This document shows, one piece after another, positions 16,230 to 26,116 of a DNA stretch of 29,565 nucleotides. A program made the translations under genes and the position numbers. Location: IMG/VR virus record IMGVR_UViG_3300020299_000006, positions 1 to 29,565 of that record. One strand, given 5' to 3'. Position 1 is the stretch's first letter; every line of letters begins with the position of its first letter. This DNA is from a virus. Taxonomy: Duplodnaviria > Caudoviricetes. The notes under the pieces were generated by a model. That model was not told the DNA's origin, ran no database searches, and saw only the letters and a list, made by a program, of their open reading frames with translations.

Positions 16230-18247
16230 TATATTTGTTTTAGTTCATCTATAGATTGCCCTAAACATATTTCATCTACTATAGTTGCTCCCTCGACTTC
16301 TACTGCAAACGTTTTATGCACACTGGCAGGCAGTCTTACAATTGGTTCTGTTATATTAGTTGAGCTAAAACTGGGGGTTGTGCCTGTGACCGTAAAAGCA
16401 CTGCCAGAGGTAGCTATAACCGCATTATATATAACACTACCATCTCCATATACTTTGACTCTTACTGGATAGGTTTGTGCTTGCACTTTAGCAAAACCCA
16501 TACTCATAGGAGCAGGAGGTACAAACTCTTTAGATTTCCAATTATACGTTAAGTTAGTACTGCTATCGCCTTGAAACTTTTTAATCGTGTTACTTATAAT
16601 TAAATATAACTGACTGTCGTCCGGGTCTGTATGCCCCCCACGTATTTCAGCACTAGCGTCTAAGTTTACTAAAGCTGCAGGTGATAAAGACCTACTAGTG
16701 CCTTGTCGAACTAAACGAGGGTCAAATATAAACCCACCATAACCACTGCCTGTAGAGAAAAAGCCTACATATCTACCTTCCCATAAAAACCCTCTTATAG
16801 TACTTGGGTAATAGCTAGACTGCCATTGTGAAGGTGTGATTAGAGACTCAGTTATAACAGACACACGAGTGCCTTCTACCGCTACTAAACCATCTGGACC
16901 TGCGTAGATAACATAATCCCCCATATCAACCATAGAGTTTTTATTTAAACAGGCCTCAGAAGAATCTATACGTATAGCAGCCATAGATCTAGGTTCTGTT
17001 CCTGTCACTAAATATGGTGTGGCTTTTGTACCTACCACCACCCCATTGCTAGTTACAGCTATACCTACAATCTCTTCTTCGATAGTTATTCTATTAGATG
17101 CAGGCCAAGCATAAGGTAAAAAAGGTTCAGAAAAACAAACACGTTTGCCCGTAAAGCCAGCTAATATGCCATTAGGCAAACTAACCAAACCTTTCATGGG
17201 CCCGTCAGGATACAGACTCGTGTCATCATCTGGAGGCGCAATATGAAACGTGGACGGAATAATTTCTGCTAAATCTGCATTGCTAGAAGTATCTGTATAA
17301 GTAGTTACATTTAAATTAACTTCAGCAACAAATTGAAAATCAGTTGTATTTGAACCCGTATTTGATCTGTAAATACGTTTTTTAGATAGGTTGGTGTTGC
17401 TTTTACCACTAGAAGTTTCTAAATTACTTAAATTTACTTTTTGGTTATCATCGGTGGTTACAACAGTAGAAGCGGCAGAAGGCGGCCCTTCTTCACCGTA
17501 CGCACTCACGAAGGTATATACGTAAGAAGTAGAAAAATCTAATAGAGCGTCAGAAGGTCCATTAAAAGCCGCACCGTTTGTTACGCTACTAGAAGTAGCT
17601 GTGCTGGAACCTGAGCCACTTGTTTCTACGGTTAAAGTTGTAGAACTTGGGACTGTTTTTATTTTAAAAGTATTGTTTATTTCATCCGCAGTTATACCTC
17701 CAGTAGCAGAAAAACTAGCAAGAGTTACATAGTCATCCACTGCCGCACTATGAGCACTGGCTGTAGTTACAGTTATAGAACTTTCTCCATTATCTACAGT
17801 AACAGTTGCATTTATAGTTGTTGCGGCTGCTACTGCCACAGTGGGTGCTGCAGTTGGCGCAGGTATCCCTAATCTATAAAAACCACTGGGATAGGGCGCA
17901 GAGCCAATAACATCAGAACTTCTACCCATTTTAGGGAATGCTTCACCCGACCAATAAATCGTGTCGTTGGTATCCCCTGGCACCGGTCCACGCACGACAT
18001 TTACATCATCTTCAAATTGTAGCCAACGTTCAGGGTCGTCTGTGTATTTAAATATTGCATTTTTAGTTGTACTAGCTAAGGTAGAAACTCCACTAGAAGG
18101 ATTAGTAGTAGAATTATCTTTGACAGGAACTAGCCTGCCGTTTTCAAGATTTACATCGGTTGCTGTTTGAGCAAGTGTATCTCCTAAAAGACGTGGCGAT
18201 ATTCTAGGTGCAAGACCTCCGAATGTAATAAGTTTATAGTAAGCCAT
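16229..18247 (-). CDS. Virion tail protein (tail tubular B / stabilisation protein-like)
   Basis: FGGLAPR...A N-terminus, YVYTFV..YGEEGPPS, FSEPFLPYAWP, WKSKEF. Beta-rich, in the tail module. Confidence 0.7.
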   Translation of the reverse strand: MAYYKLITFGGLAPRISPRLLGDTLAQTATDVNLENGRLVPVKDNSTTNPSSGVSTLASTTKNAIFKYTDDPERWLQFEDDVNVVRGPVPGDTNDTIYWSGEAFPKMGRSSDVIGSAPYPSGFYRLGIPAPTAAPTVAVAAATTINATVTVDNGESSITVTTASAHSAAVDDYVTLASFSATGGITADEINNTFKIKTVPSSTTLTVETSGSGSSTATSSSVTNGAAFNGPSDALLDFSTSYVYTFVSAYGEEGPPSAASTVVTTDDNQKVNLSNLETSSGKSNTNLSKKRIYRSNTGSNTTDFQFVAEVNLNVTTYTDTSSNADLAEIIPSTFHIAPPDDDTSLYPDGPMKGLVSLPNGILAGFTGKRVCFSEPFLPYAWPASNRITIEEEIVGIAVTSNGVVVGTKATPYLVTGTEPRSMAAIRIDSSEACLNKNSMVDMGDYVIYAGPDGLVAVEGTRVSVITESLITPSQWQSSYYPSTIRGFLWEGRYVGFFSTGSGYGGFIFDPRLVRQGTSRSLSPAALVNLDASAEIRGGHTDPDDSQLYLIISNTIKKFQGDSSTNLTYNWKSKEFVPPAPMSMGFAKVQAQTYPVRVKVYGDGSVIYNAVIATSGSAFTVTGTTPSFSSTNITEPIVRLPASVHKTFAVEVEGATIVDEICLGQSIDELKQI

Positions 18248-18254
18248 TTTTTCA

Positions 18255-18707
18255 TTATACAGTATTAAGAACTAATGCTTGTAGTTCTAGACTCCTTCTT
18301 CCTACTTGTTTAAACCACCTGCTGTCCTCCATTTCAGCAGCCATTTTTTCCCAGTTATGCTCTCTACAAGCTGACAACATATTTCGAAAGTTAGACATTC
18401 TCGTGCCACCTAAATTAAAACACATGTTTACTAACACGTGTTGTATATCTTCGGGCAAACTGTAAAACTCTTCTTCTGAACCGTACACGTGAATTGCTTC
18501 ATCAAGATGTTTTTTAAAATCATCTTCATAGTATAGATCTACTACTTCTTGAGTTACGGGTGTGCCCACTTCCCAATCGTATTCTGGATCGCCTGGTTGA
18601 CACAAATGGCCTACGCCTAATGTTTTATAGCCTAAGCTATCTTCATATATTTCTAAGACTTCGCCTTCGTGACGTTTAATCTCTGCTTTGCATTTTTCAA
18701 TATCCAT
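18255..18707 (-). CDS. Endolysin, GH24 T4-type lysozyme
   Basis: HEG...YEDSLGYKTLGVGHL gives the E-x8-D-x5-T triad. Also LVNMCFNLG and DSRWFKQVGRR. Confidence 0.95.
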   Translation of the reverse strand: MDIEKCKAEIKRHEGEVLEIYEDSLGYKTLGVGHLCQPGDPEYDWEVGTPVTQEVVDLYYEDDFKKHLDEAIHVYGSEEEFYSLPEDIQHVLVNMCFNLGGTRMSNFRNMLSACREHNWEKMAAEMEDSRWFKQVGRRSLELQALVLNTV

Positions 18708-18709
18708 AA

Positions 18710-18955
18710 TTACCCCTTTTTATCTTTTTCTACTTTAACAGTAGGTTTTATTTTATCTTCTTTTAAAATAATTCTAAGATCTTCGGTCAACGTAGATATA
18801 CCTGCTTGCGTTAATCTAACTTTCATAGCAAGATCGTTTAGTTTTTGTTGGCCTTTAAATAATGTGTTAAGAGCTTCGATTCCTCTAGGTGTTAAATTTT
18901 CAATGCTATAAGTGTTACCATCAAAATTTATTTCTTTTATCTTATTATCTTCCAT
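18710..18955 (-). CDS. Small hypothetical coiled-coil protein
   Basis: SD AAGGAG. INFDGNTYSIENL followed by a helix. Confidence 0.75.
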   Translation of the reverse strand: MEDNKIKEINFDGNTYSIENLTPRGIEALNTLFKGQQKLNDLAMKVRLTQAGISTLTEDLRIILKEDKIKPTVKVEKDKKG

Positions 18956-18982
18956 TTAAATACTCCTTATTTAATTGTGTGT

Positions 18983-19180
18983 TTAAGAAAAGACTCTATC
19001 AATACCACTGGCCGCTATAATTAGGATATAAAGACCTACTATATATCTAGTAAACTTTGCGTCCATAGCTTCAAACTTATCTGCGCCCCTATCTAATCTT
19101 TTTTCTATGTTTTCATATCGTACAGAACACTCACGTTCGTGCGCTGCTATTTTTGCCATTGATTCTTTTGCCGTAGCCAT
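18983..19180 (-). CDS. Small coiled-coil protein with C-terminal TM segment (XhlA-like topology)
   Basis: HERECSVRY..IEKRL...YIVGLYILIIAASG. Confidence 0.75.
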   Translation of the reverse strand: MATAKESMAKIAAHERECSVRYENIEKRLDRGADKFEAMDAKFTRYIVGLYILIIAASGIDRVFS

Positions 19181-19181
19181 T

Positions 19182-19751
19182 TTAACTTACCGGCGGTGTT
19201 GGAAACTCGCCCAAAGGTCTGACTGGTGGATCATCGTCATTGTAAACATAGAGTGCTGCCAATGCGTCCACATCTGATGCTGCGTCTATCTTTGCCTGCA
19301 TATCCGTTACTGCAGTCCTTACACCACTTCTGTAAGTAGTCCAGTCGCTAGGTATTGCCGTGCCTGCTTCTTGGTTTCTCACGACCAACCAATCGTTAGG
19401 TTGCAGAAGGCTATATGCTTGATTTGATATTATTAGCTTGTGGTTATATTTAAGCCCCCTTGTTACTACACCGTCTACTGTAACATCATCTAATGATCTA
19501 GCTGTTGCAGTACCATAGCTTGCAGTCACCTTGTTGCTTGCGTATGTGAATTCTTGATCTGTGTTGATGTAGTATTGAGGGTCTTTATAATTGCTGTTGT
19601 CAATTATAACTTCGTACAAGCCTATCGCTTTCAATTGCGTTGCAGTCCAACTGCTCATAGTGTTAGCAGGATACTGCGTATCGCTTATCGTTATTGCTGT
19701 AGGTCTGTTAAAGACCTTTGTTACTGTATTGCTTTCTACTAATGCCCACAT
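19182..19751 (-). CDS. Tail fibre assembly/chaperone-like protein
   Basis: LQPNDWLVVR..E....IPSDWTTYR..VR..FP C-terminus. Follows the receptor-binding genes. Confidence 0.65.
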   Translation of the reverse strand: MWALVESNTVTKVFNRPTAITISDTQYPANTMSSWTATQLKAIGLYEVIIDNSNYKDPQYYINTDQEFTYASNKVTASYGTATARSLDDVTVDGVVTRGLKYNHKLIISNQAYSLLQPNDWLVVRNQEAGTAIPSDWTTYRSGVRTAVTDMQAKIDAASDVDALAALYVYNDDDPPVRPLGEFPTPPVS

Positions 19752-19766
19752 ATTATTATCTTACCT

Positions 19767-20840
19767 CTATCTTGCTGTTGTTGGAATACCTGTTGATGTT
19801 ACGAATGGATTTTCTGCAAATGCCATGTAGATGTATGAATTTCCATCAGTGTTTACTTCAGAAGTTCCTAGTCTTAACTTAAAGCCATTACTGAGCATAT
19901 CTATAAAGTTATAGTTAGTATATTCTGCCGCACTTGATTGTGCTTCTACCGCATGATTTGCAACATTATCTACATCTCTTTTGCTGTCTAGCATATACCA
20001 TGAACCTGAAGCACTACTTCCTTTAAGTATGACAAAAGCAGGTTTAAAGCCTGTATAAATAAATGGACCATTTGTATTTCCATTACCTGTATATTTACCA
20101 AACTTACTATAGCCTTGAATACTTTTAAAGCAGTAAGCTACAAAACTTCTATAAGAAGCTGTGCTACTACCTGCACCTGTAAAAACTGTTGATGTAGGTG
20201 CAGAAAGAGAACTATTTGATTTTGCATCTGTTGTGTTTAATTTTAGATAATCTAATGAGCCATCTATTTTAGTTGTATAAACAGCCCAAAAACCATTTGA
20301 ATCTCCTCTTTGTCTTGCTTTTGTAATAACAATATCAGGTGCAACTCCTAATCCATGACCAACTGTTTCATTTGAATTACTGTTCATGGTGTAAGTTAGA
20401 ATTGAAAATCCTGCTGTAGAATTAACTTGAACTGTTGATGTAACAGCACCATCATTATTTGTGCTTGTAGTACCACCTGCACATTTCCACTGCCAAGCTA
20501 CAAACTCTGAACCATTTTCATTCCAAAAATCATCATTACTTCCACCAGCATTAACTGTAAACCCATCTGTGTCAAAAGCTGTTAATTGACCATAAGTGGT
20601 TGAAGTTCCTTCTACTGCTGTACTACTAGTTTTTAAATTATAGCTAGTTCCAGTGCCTCTATTTGAATCATATACTTCGTGGTCTGTACCAGCAGTAGTT
20701 CTATTTTTTCCCCAAACCCAGTCAGGTTGTAAATTACTATTACCATCATTGGTTATGCTTCTTGGTGCTGATGTATTACCAGTCCAAAGAACAGTTTGAA
20801 AAAATGCTGAAGGGTCGTCTATTGTTGTATAAGCTGCCAT
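19767..20840 (-). CDS. Tail fibre-associated beta-rich protein with internal repeats
   Basis: Three related units: WTGN..PDWVWGKNR, HGLGVAPDIVITKAR, YTGFKPAFVILK. YIYMAFAE near the end. Confidence 0.7.
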   Translation of the reverse strand: MAAYTTIDDPSAFFQTVLWTGNTSAPRSITNDGNSNLQPDWVWGKNRTTAGTDHEVYDSNRGTGTSYNLKTSSTAVEGTSTTYGQLTAFDTDGFTVNAGGSNDDFWNENGSEFVAWQWKCAGGTTSTNNDGAVTSTVQVNSTAGFSILTYTMNSNSNETVGHGLGVAPDIVITKARQRGDSNGFWAVYTTKIDGSLDYLKLNTTDAKSNSSLSAPTSTVFTGAGSSTASYRSFVAYCFKSIQGYSKFGKYTGNGNTNGPFIYTGFKPAFVILKGSSASGSWYMLDSKRDVDNVANHAVEAQSSAAEYTNYNFIDMLSNGFKLRLGTSEVNTDGNSYIYMAFAENPFVTSTGIPTTAR

Positions 20841-22268
20841 TTATCCTCCGTCTGAGCCTAAATTTTGTGTGGAAAGTGCCAAATATCCTGTTGGTGGTGC
20901 ATATTCAAAAGAACCAAACCCATTTTCGTCTGCTGCTGCACTTGAAAGAGTATTAACATGATAACCACCAAAATTACATTCTACTGTTCCACTTGTATCA
21001 TATGTAAAACCTATGTGATAACCATCACTTGTATCTGTAAGGGTAATGGCATTAGTTCCGTTTGTTGGGTCTTGCGAATTTTGATAAGTTCCATTTTTAG
21101 AAAAATACACTTTTCTATTGTCCATGTCTAAAGCTACTCCAATAATATCATCACCTGTATAAGAGTTACCGAATGAGCCATTAGCAGAGTTACCTGCCGC
21201 TAACATAGACCCACCTGCACTGTAATATCCGAGACTTCCAGCATAATCACCGTTTCCAAGGTGATTAGAGTCCAAATCAACAGTTGATGCTGTATCAATA
21301 GGCATAATTCCAACAACATAATTACTCCCCCCTGCTGTTGGTTTAAATTCTGCGTACCATTTTCCAGCAGTTACAGCAATAGTTGAAATAAAAGTTTTGT
21401 TTAATCCAGAACCGCTACTTCTTGCAACCTTTGTTGCCCCTTCATTTATTACTTGTGATGATGGATATTTAAACAAACGATTAATTATTGCAAAATTATT
21501 AGTAGGTGTGTCAGTTGCTTGGTCGGCTGCTGTTATGTTTTGAAGTGTAAAAGTTTGACCATTCCCACTTGTATCCGTACCTAAACTTGAAGAATCTTTA
21601 AATTCTAAAAAGACTGAGTTCTGTGGAAAGCTGCCTGTGTATTCTATGGGAATCCATATACCAGTATCACTATCAAATTCACCAAAAGTTGTTGGTGCTA
21701 ATTGACTGCCTGATATAGAAATAACCTCTGAGATGTAACCACAAAATCTATTTGCTTCACCAATAACAGTGCCTATCTCCATATAGCTACTATTTGCATT
21801 GTGCATAGTGCTGTCATTTTGACTAAAATTTGTTTCTGTAGAAAAAGAAGTTTCTTCAACACCATTTATATAAATTCTTAGTCTATCTCCAGCTGTTCCG
21901 TTTGTTGTATCTACAGCAGTAACTATGTGATACCACGCTGAAGTGTCTCTGAAAAGTCTGTTAGTTATATACACAGCTTGGTCTGAGCTAGAAACATGCG
22001 ACCTTACCCGCATTGTATTATCACTTTCAAAACTAACTAAGAAAAAATTAGTGCCACCTGTGCCTGCACCCCAAATATATTGTTGGGTATCTAGTTCTGT
22101 TCTTTTTACCCAAAGGCTTACTGTAAAAGTTTGACTATTACCGCCACCTGCACCCCAAGGACGATACATTCTTTCAGTATTATCTGCTTCGTTTTTATAA
22201 GAGTTATCAATCTGATAAGGACCAGTAGATACGCTACCCCTGTTCGCAACTCTCTGCAGGCTTTCCAT
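20841..22268 (-). CDS. Concanavalin A/LamG-like plus SPRY-like domain protein (putative receptor-binding)
   Basis: FTVSLWVKR, FRDTSAWYHIV.AVD, IYINGV (LamG). GKWYAEF, GDDIIGVALDMDN..VYFSKNG (SPRY). Confidence 0.8.
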   Translation of the reverse strand: MESLQRVANRGSVSTGPYQIDNSYKNEADNTERMYRPWGAGGGNSQTFTVSLWVKRTELDTQQYIWGAGTGGTNFFLVSFESDNTMRVRSHVSSSDQAVYITNRLFRDTSAWYHIVTAVDTTNGTAGDRLRIYINGVEETSFSTETNFSQNDSTMHNANSSYMEIGTVIGEANRFCGYISEVISISGSQLAPTTFGEFDSDTGIWIPIEYTGSFPQNSVFLEFKDSSSLGTDTSGNGQTFTLQNITAADQATDTPTNNFAIINRLFKYPSSQVINEGATKVARSSGSGLNKTFISTIAVTAGKWYAEFKPTAGGSNYVVGIMPIDTASTVDLDSNHLGNGDYAGSLGYYSAGGSMLAAGNSANGSFGNSYTGDDIIGVALDMDNRKVYFSKNGTYQNSQDPTNGTNAITLTDTSDGYHIGFTYDTSGTVECNFGGYHVNTLSSAAADENGFGSFEYAPPTGYLALSTQNLGSDGG

Positions 22269-22269
22269 G

Positions 22270-22806
22270 TTAGGTCTGTGCTAGATTCTGCACCCTGCCG
22301 ATCTCCTGCCATACCGAGCCGTTGTATCTGAAACTGAAGATGTCAGTTTTCGCATCTGTGGCGGTCATGGTTGGTGCTGTTGATGCAGCGAATTCAAAAG
22401 CTGTGTTCCATGCAACGGTATAAGGACCACTTGTGGCGTGTTGTGCAATCTCTATGGTTATGATTGCGCCCTCTACGGAGTTACTTGGTGCGGATATGGT
22501 GCTGTTCTCTTCCAGTAATAAAAATGCATTAGCTGCAGCCACAGAGTCCCAAGACACAGTGCCGTCTGTCAATGCTACCTGTGTAATCCTTGCGCTTGTA
22601 GTTGCCACCATAAGCGGTGAGGTTGCTGATGTGGCAATCGTTACTGCGTTCTCTATCTTTGCTCCTGTTACTGCATCATCTGCTATCTTGGCAGTTGTAA
22701 TATTTGCGTCAACTACGGAAGCTGTTACCACGGCGCTTGCCGCCAATTGATCTGCGCCTACAGCATCATCTGCTATAAGTTCCTGTGTTACCTTTGTGTT
22801 TGCCAT
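22270..22806 (-). CDS. Short tail fibre-related protein
   Basis: MANTKV..ADDAV/ITTAKIADDAVT repeats, then APTMTAT..KTDIFSF.YNGSVW.E.GR. Confidence 0.75.
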   Translation of the reverse strand: MANTKVTQELIADDAVGADQLAASAVVTASVVDANITTAKIADDAVTGAKIENAVTIATSATSPLMVATTSARITQVALTDGTVSWDSVAAANAFLLLEENSTISAPSNSVEGAIITIEIAQHATSGPYTVAWNTAFEFAASTAPTMTATDAKTDIFSFRYNGSVWQEIGRVQNLAQT

Positions 22807-22833
22807 AGTTTATTCCTCATTATCTATAATTAA

Positions 22834-22842
22834 AGTTTATCA
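22834..22842 (-). promoter_or_regulatory. Extended -10 promoter candidate
   Basis: TGATAAACT on the minus strand in a 48-nt gap, followed by SD GAGGA. Confidence 0.5.
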
Positions 22843-22854
22843 CGATTCTAACAT

Positions 22855-23244
22855 CTACGATGGTTTGCCCATAGCTATTAAGTCATCATGAGCTTGGTCG
22901 TCCATAGCCACCCACTCTGTCATAGAATCAGTTATAGTTGTCCAGCTACCTGATGGATTAACTGGAATACAGATCCATTTGTTAGCTTTGGTTGTAACCT
23001 CATCTCCGTTTGAATCTCTTAGCCCTACATAACAACTGAGTTCCACTACAATAGAGGGTGTCCCAGTTATAGTTAATCCTGCCTCAGACTCTATAGCTAA
23101 AGCTGCATCAGAAACATCTGCTTGCTCGCCCTCGTTTTGATATTCAACTACTGTCCAACCTGATGGTACATTACCTAATAAATTATGATAGGGACTGCCC
23201 ATGGTCAATTCCTGTTCATTATTATGGACAAAGTATTTCGCCAT
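22855..23244 (-). CDS. Hypothetical protein
   Basis: 129-aa ORF, TAATG-coupled to the upstream gene. Confidence 0.7.
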   Translation of the reverse strand: MAKYFVHNNEQELTMGSPYHNLLGNVPSGWTVVEYQNEGEQADVSDAALAIESEAGLTITGTPSIVVELSCYVGLRDSNGDEVTTKANKWICIPVNPSGSWTTITDSMTEWVAMDDQAHDDLIAMGKPS

Positions 23245-24611
23245 TAGAATGTACCTCTTATAGCTGAGCCTGCACCACCACCGCCACCACCATAATTGTT
23301 TCCTACAGGTCCGCCTGATACAACTGAACTAGGCCCACCTGAAGTGCTATCTGAAAGTATGCAAACAACTCCACCACCAGTACAGCCTCCACCTGCGCCT
23401 GAAACGCCGTCATGAGCATTACCTGTTCCTTGACCCTGTGAATATGCCTTGCCTGTTCCTGACCATGTTCCGTTTACAAAGATGTATAAACACCCTGCGG
23501 TGCCGTCAAAGGTATTGTCTATCGGTGAATACGGTCTTGAAAGATAATAGCTGTTTCCTATTGCTGCTCTCTTATCTTCAATATTTACATCTTCTCCATA
23601 CCCATAAAAGTGAAATGGGGTTGGATTAGTATTAGCACTTTGACCGCCCCAAAAATTTAAATTTGTTGTAGCATCTGAACCCCTTATGCAACCTGCAGGA
23701 TTGCCTGATCCGCCCATTTGTCCGTAAACACTTGACCTGTCAATAGCGTTTCCGGCTGCCCCGCCATTGGCTATCGCGTCCATGGTTTCGCCTGATTGAT
23801 CAGCCCCACTTGTAGAAGCATGATATTGCATAGCAGAACCACCACCTGGGCCTGCTGAAAAACAAGTGCCAGCTGCCCCTGCTCCAGATACTAATGATGT
23901 TACACTAACTACAGGAAAACAAGCGCCACTCCCACCACCACCTGTTCCATTTGTAGCTGTACCACCATCATTTTTTTGGTTAGCACCTGCTGATGTTTGT
24001 GTCTTACGAGCGCCACCTGCCCCGCCTGCTGCGGGTATGGTTACACCACTTTTGACTGGTATAGCAACTGGTGCTGTATATCCCATAGAATTACCTGTAC
24101 CACTATGATTAGCACCTCTGTTTGTCATTGATATAAGTCCGTCATGCGTAAAATCACCATCAGTGTGTAATACAAAACCTAATTTTCTGACTGGTGGTTT
24201 TATTATATTTCTTTGACCGGTTGTTAAAGTTCCATCTACACATACTAACGCCCAGTGGGTGTCCATGTTATCTGTAAACCAATGGTTTGGTCTAGGATAC
24301 TCTTCTGTGTCTATAGTTGTGTTGCCATTAATGTACGCATAGTCATACATACCTGCAAAATTACCATTGAGATATAAACTGCCCGTTAATATTACTGCAC
24401 TTCTTTGTCCATTTGTTTGTACTGATTGCTCTCTATAATCAGATGTCGGTGCGTATGCTCTGTTATATTCGTTTGATTTTATTCCTTTTTCAACGTCCGT
24501 TATGCTGTAAGAACCTGCATTAGGTTTTGTATAGTAATGAGCACCAGCTGATTTCAACATATTCATTGCTGTCTGCAAATCCGAAGCATACACGTCAAAG
24601 GTATTAATCAT
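23244..24611 (-). CDS. Glycine-rich protein, putative tail fibre/receptor-binding
   Basis: Many GGxGG tracts (GTGGGGSG, GAGGGCTGGG, YGGGGGGAGS). Confidence 0.7.
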   Translation of the reverse strand: MINTFDVYASDLQTAMNMLKSAGAHYYTKPNAGSYSITDVEKGIKSNEYNRAYAPTSDYREQSVQTNGQRSAVILTGSLYLNGNFAGMYDYAYINGNTTIDTEEYPRPNHWFTDNMDTHWALVCVDGTLTTGQRNIIKPPVRKLGFVLHTDGDFTHDGLISMTNRGANHSGTGNSMGYTAPVAIPVKSGVTIPAAGGAGGARKTQTSAGANQKNDGGTATNGTGGGGSGACFPVVSVTSLVSGAGAAGTCFSAGPGGGSAMQYHASTSGADQSGETMDAIANGGAAGNAIDRSSVYGQMGGSGNPAGCIRGSDATTNLNFWGGQSANTNPTPFHFYGYGEDVNIEDKRAAIGNSYYLSRPYSPIDNTFDGTAGCLYIFVNGTWSGTGKAYSQGQGTGNAHDGVSGAGGGCTGGGVVCILSDSTSGGPSSVVSGGPVGNNYGGGGGGAGSAIRGTF

Positions 24612-24967
24612 TAATCTATAAGTTCTGTGCCTGAGATGTGATAATTTACATCACTAGCGGCGCTAGCATGTCCTTTTATTAAGTCTGTTTCATCTAAAAA
24701 TAGTGGGGTAGTTAACAATGCAATTGTTGCTCCGGGCGGTACAACGAGTGCTTTACACAAGGTGTAATTGTTACTTCCATTATCAGCACTTATCGAAATT
24801 TCACAGGTGGCAGTATTTGTACCATCAGCGTTACTTACATAAATGCTGTCTATTTTATAACAGGACTCTGCTGGTACATCACATATGTCAGCAGCAGAAG
24901 TGCCAAGTACACCAGCTTTAAATACTGGTTTTACTGTTGCTACGTTTGCTATATTTGGTGTTGCCAT
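24611..24967 (-). CDS. Small virion structural protein
   Basis: MATPNIANV..I.VSNADGT...VPPGAT. Located in the tail cluster. Confidence 0.7.
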   Translation of the reverse strand: MATPNIANVATVKPVFKAGVLGTSAADICDVPAESCYKIDSIYVSNADGTNTATCEISISADNGSNNYTLCKALVVPPGATIALLTTPLFLDETDLIKGHASAASDVNYHISGTELID

Positions 24968-24985
24968 TTTATTTCCTCTTTATAA

Positions 24986-26098
24986 TTAAAAGATTAAGCT
25001 AAAAGCTATAGCTAATCCTTTTGATGGTCCACTGGCCGGTGCGTCTTCCCACGCTACTCCAGATCCAGTAGATGTTAATAATTGCCCGTCTGATCCTTGG
25101 GCTCCGTTAATTTTAAAGTTAGTAGCATCTACAAACCCACTTACCGTTACATTATTGGTAAAGGCTACATTTTCACTTGAATCAATTGTAATAGCTGTAG
25201 CGTCTGCACTTGAACTTATAGAAGTAGCTGATTCTAAAACATCAGATACTAAAGATTTTTTTAACTGACTGTCAGTAGCATCAAATATCATAAAATGGTC
25301 CGCACCTACAGCTGTAACTTGTGTTAAACCTGACACGAAGGATGCAGGTAGAGTATTTACATCAGTTTGGGTAAATGACATTACCTCTAAAATCACACCA
25401 TTCGCTGGTGCCGTGTCTAATGTTAAGGTTGTGCCGGAAACTGCGTACGTATCCTTATGTTGATAAACTCCATTTAAAAATACTTGGGTGTTATTTTCAT
25501 GTATTGGTGCAAGACTTAAAGTAAAAGCTGTAGTGCTTCCGTTACAAGTAAATTGATTGTGAGTTAAATTATTACCAGAAACTAGTGCAGCTACATGGTA
25601 AACAATAATATTACGGCCATTAGCAGGTGCAACATCAAAGGTAAGAGTAGTTCCCGATAAAGTAAAATCTGCAGGGTTCTGATAGACACCTTCAATAAAA
25701 ACGATTAGGTTATCTTCGCCCGCAGGAGTAGTGGTTAGGGTAAAAGCAGTTGTGCTTCCATTTCCGCTAAAAGTATCAACATTTAAGGCAGAGGAACCTA
25801 CCCCAGCTATGACATCTGATAATAAAGCCGCAACAATTCTTAGTTCTGCTTTATCTCCAGAGCTAAATGCACGTGCGCTTGTATTATCATGCCCCCTAAC
25901 TACAGTAAGTGTATTACTGCTTCTTGCTGTTACCTTAACAATTTCCTTATTGGTACCATCATCAAAAGTTACGTAAAAATAATCGCTACCAGTTATGGTA
26001 GGAAAGACAGAACCATCTGTTACAGCAATGCTTGTGACGCTGTTATTGATTCCTGCGGCAAGTGTTGTTGCTGCGTTGTTGGTGAACTTAACAGCCAT
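24986..26098 (-). CDS. Tail fibre/baseplate-like structural protein with duplicated domain
   Basis: EIVKVT..LTVVRG N-terminal domain. Two copies of F..NGSTTAFTL..VF..GVYQ..SGTTLT.D.APANG. GSDGQLLTS.GSGVAW. Confidence 0.75.
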   Translation of the reverse strand: MAVKFTNNAATTLAAGINNSVTSIAVTDGSVFPTITGSDYFYVTFDDGTNKEIVKVTARSSNTLTVVRGHDNTSARAFSSGDKAELRIVAALLSDVIAGVGSSALNVDTFSGNGSTTAFTLTTTPAGEDNLIVFIEGVYQNPADFTLSGTTLTFDVAPANGRNIIVYHVAALVSGNNLTHNQFTCNGSTTAFTLSLAPIHENNTQVFLNGVYQHKDTYAVSGTTLTLDTAPANGVILEVMSFTQTDVNTLPASFVSGLTQVTAVGADHFMIFDATDSQLKKSLVSDVLESATSISSSADATAITIDSSENVAFTNNVTVSGFVDATNFKINGAQGSDGQLLTSTGSGVAWEDAPASGPSKGLAIAFSLIF

Positions 26099-26116
26099 TT
26101 AGCTAACTCCTTAAAA

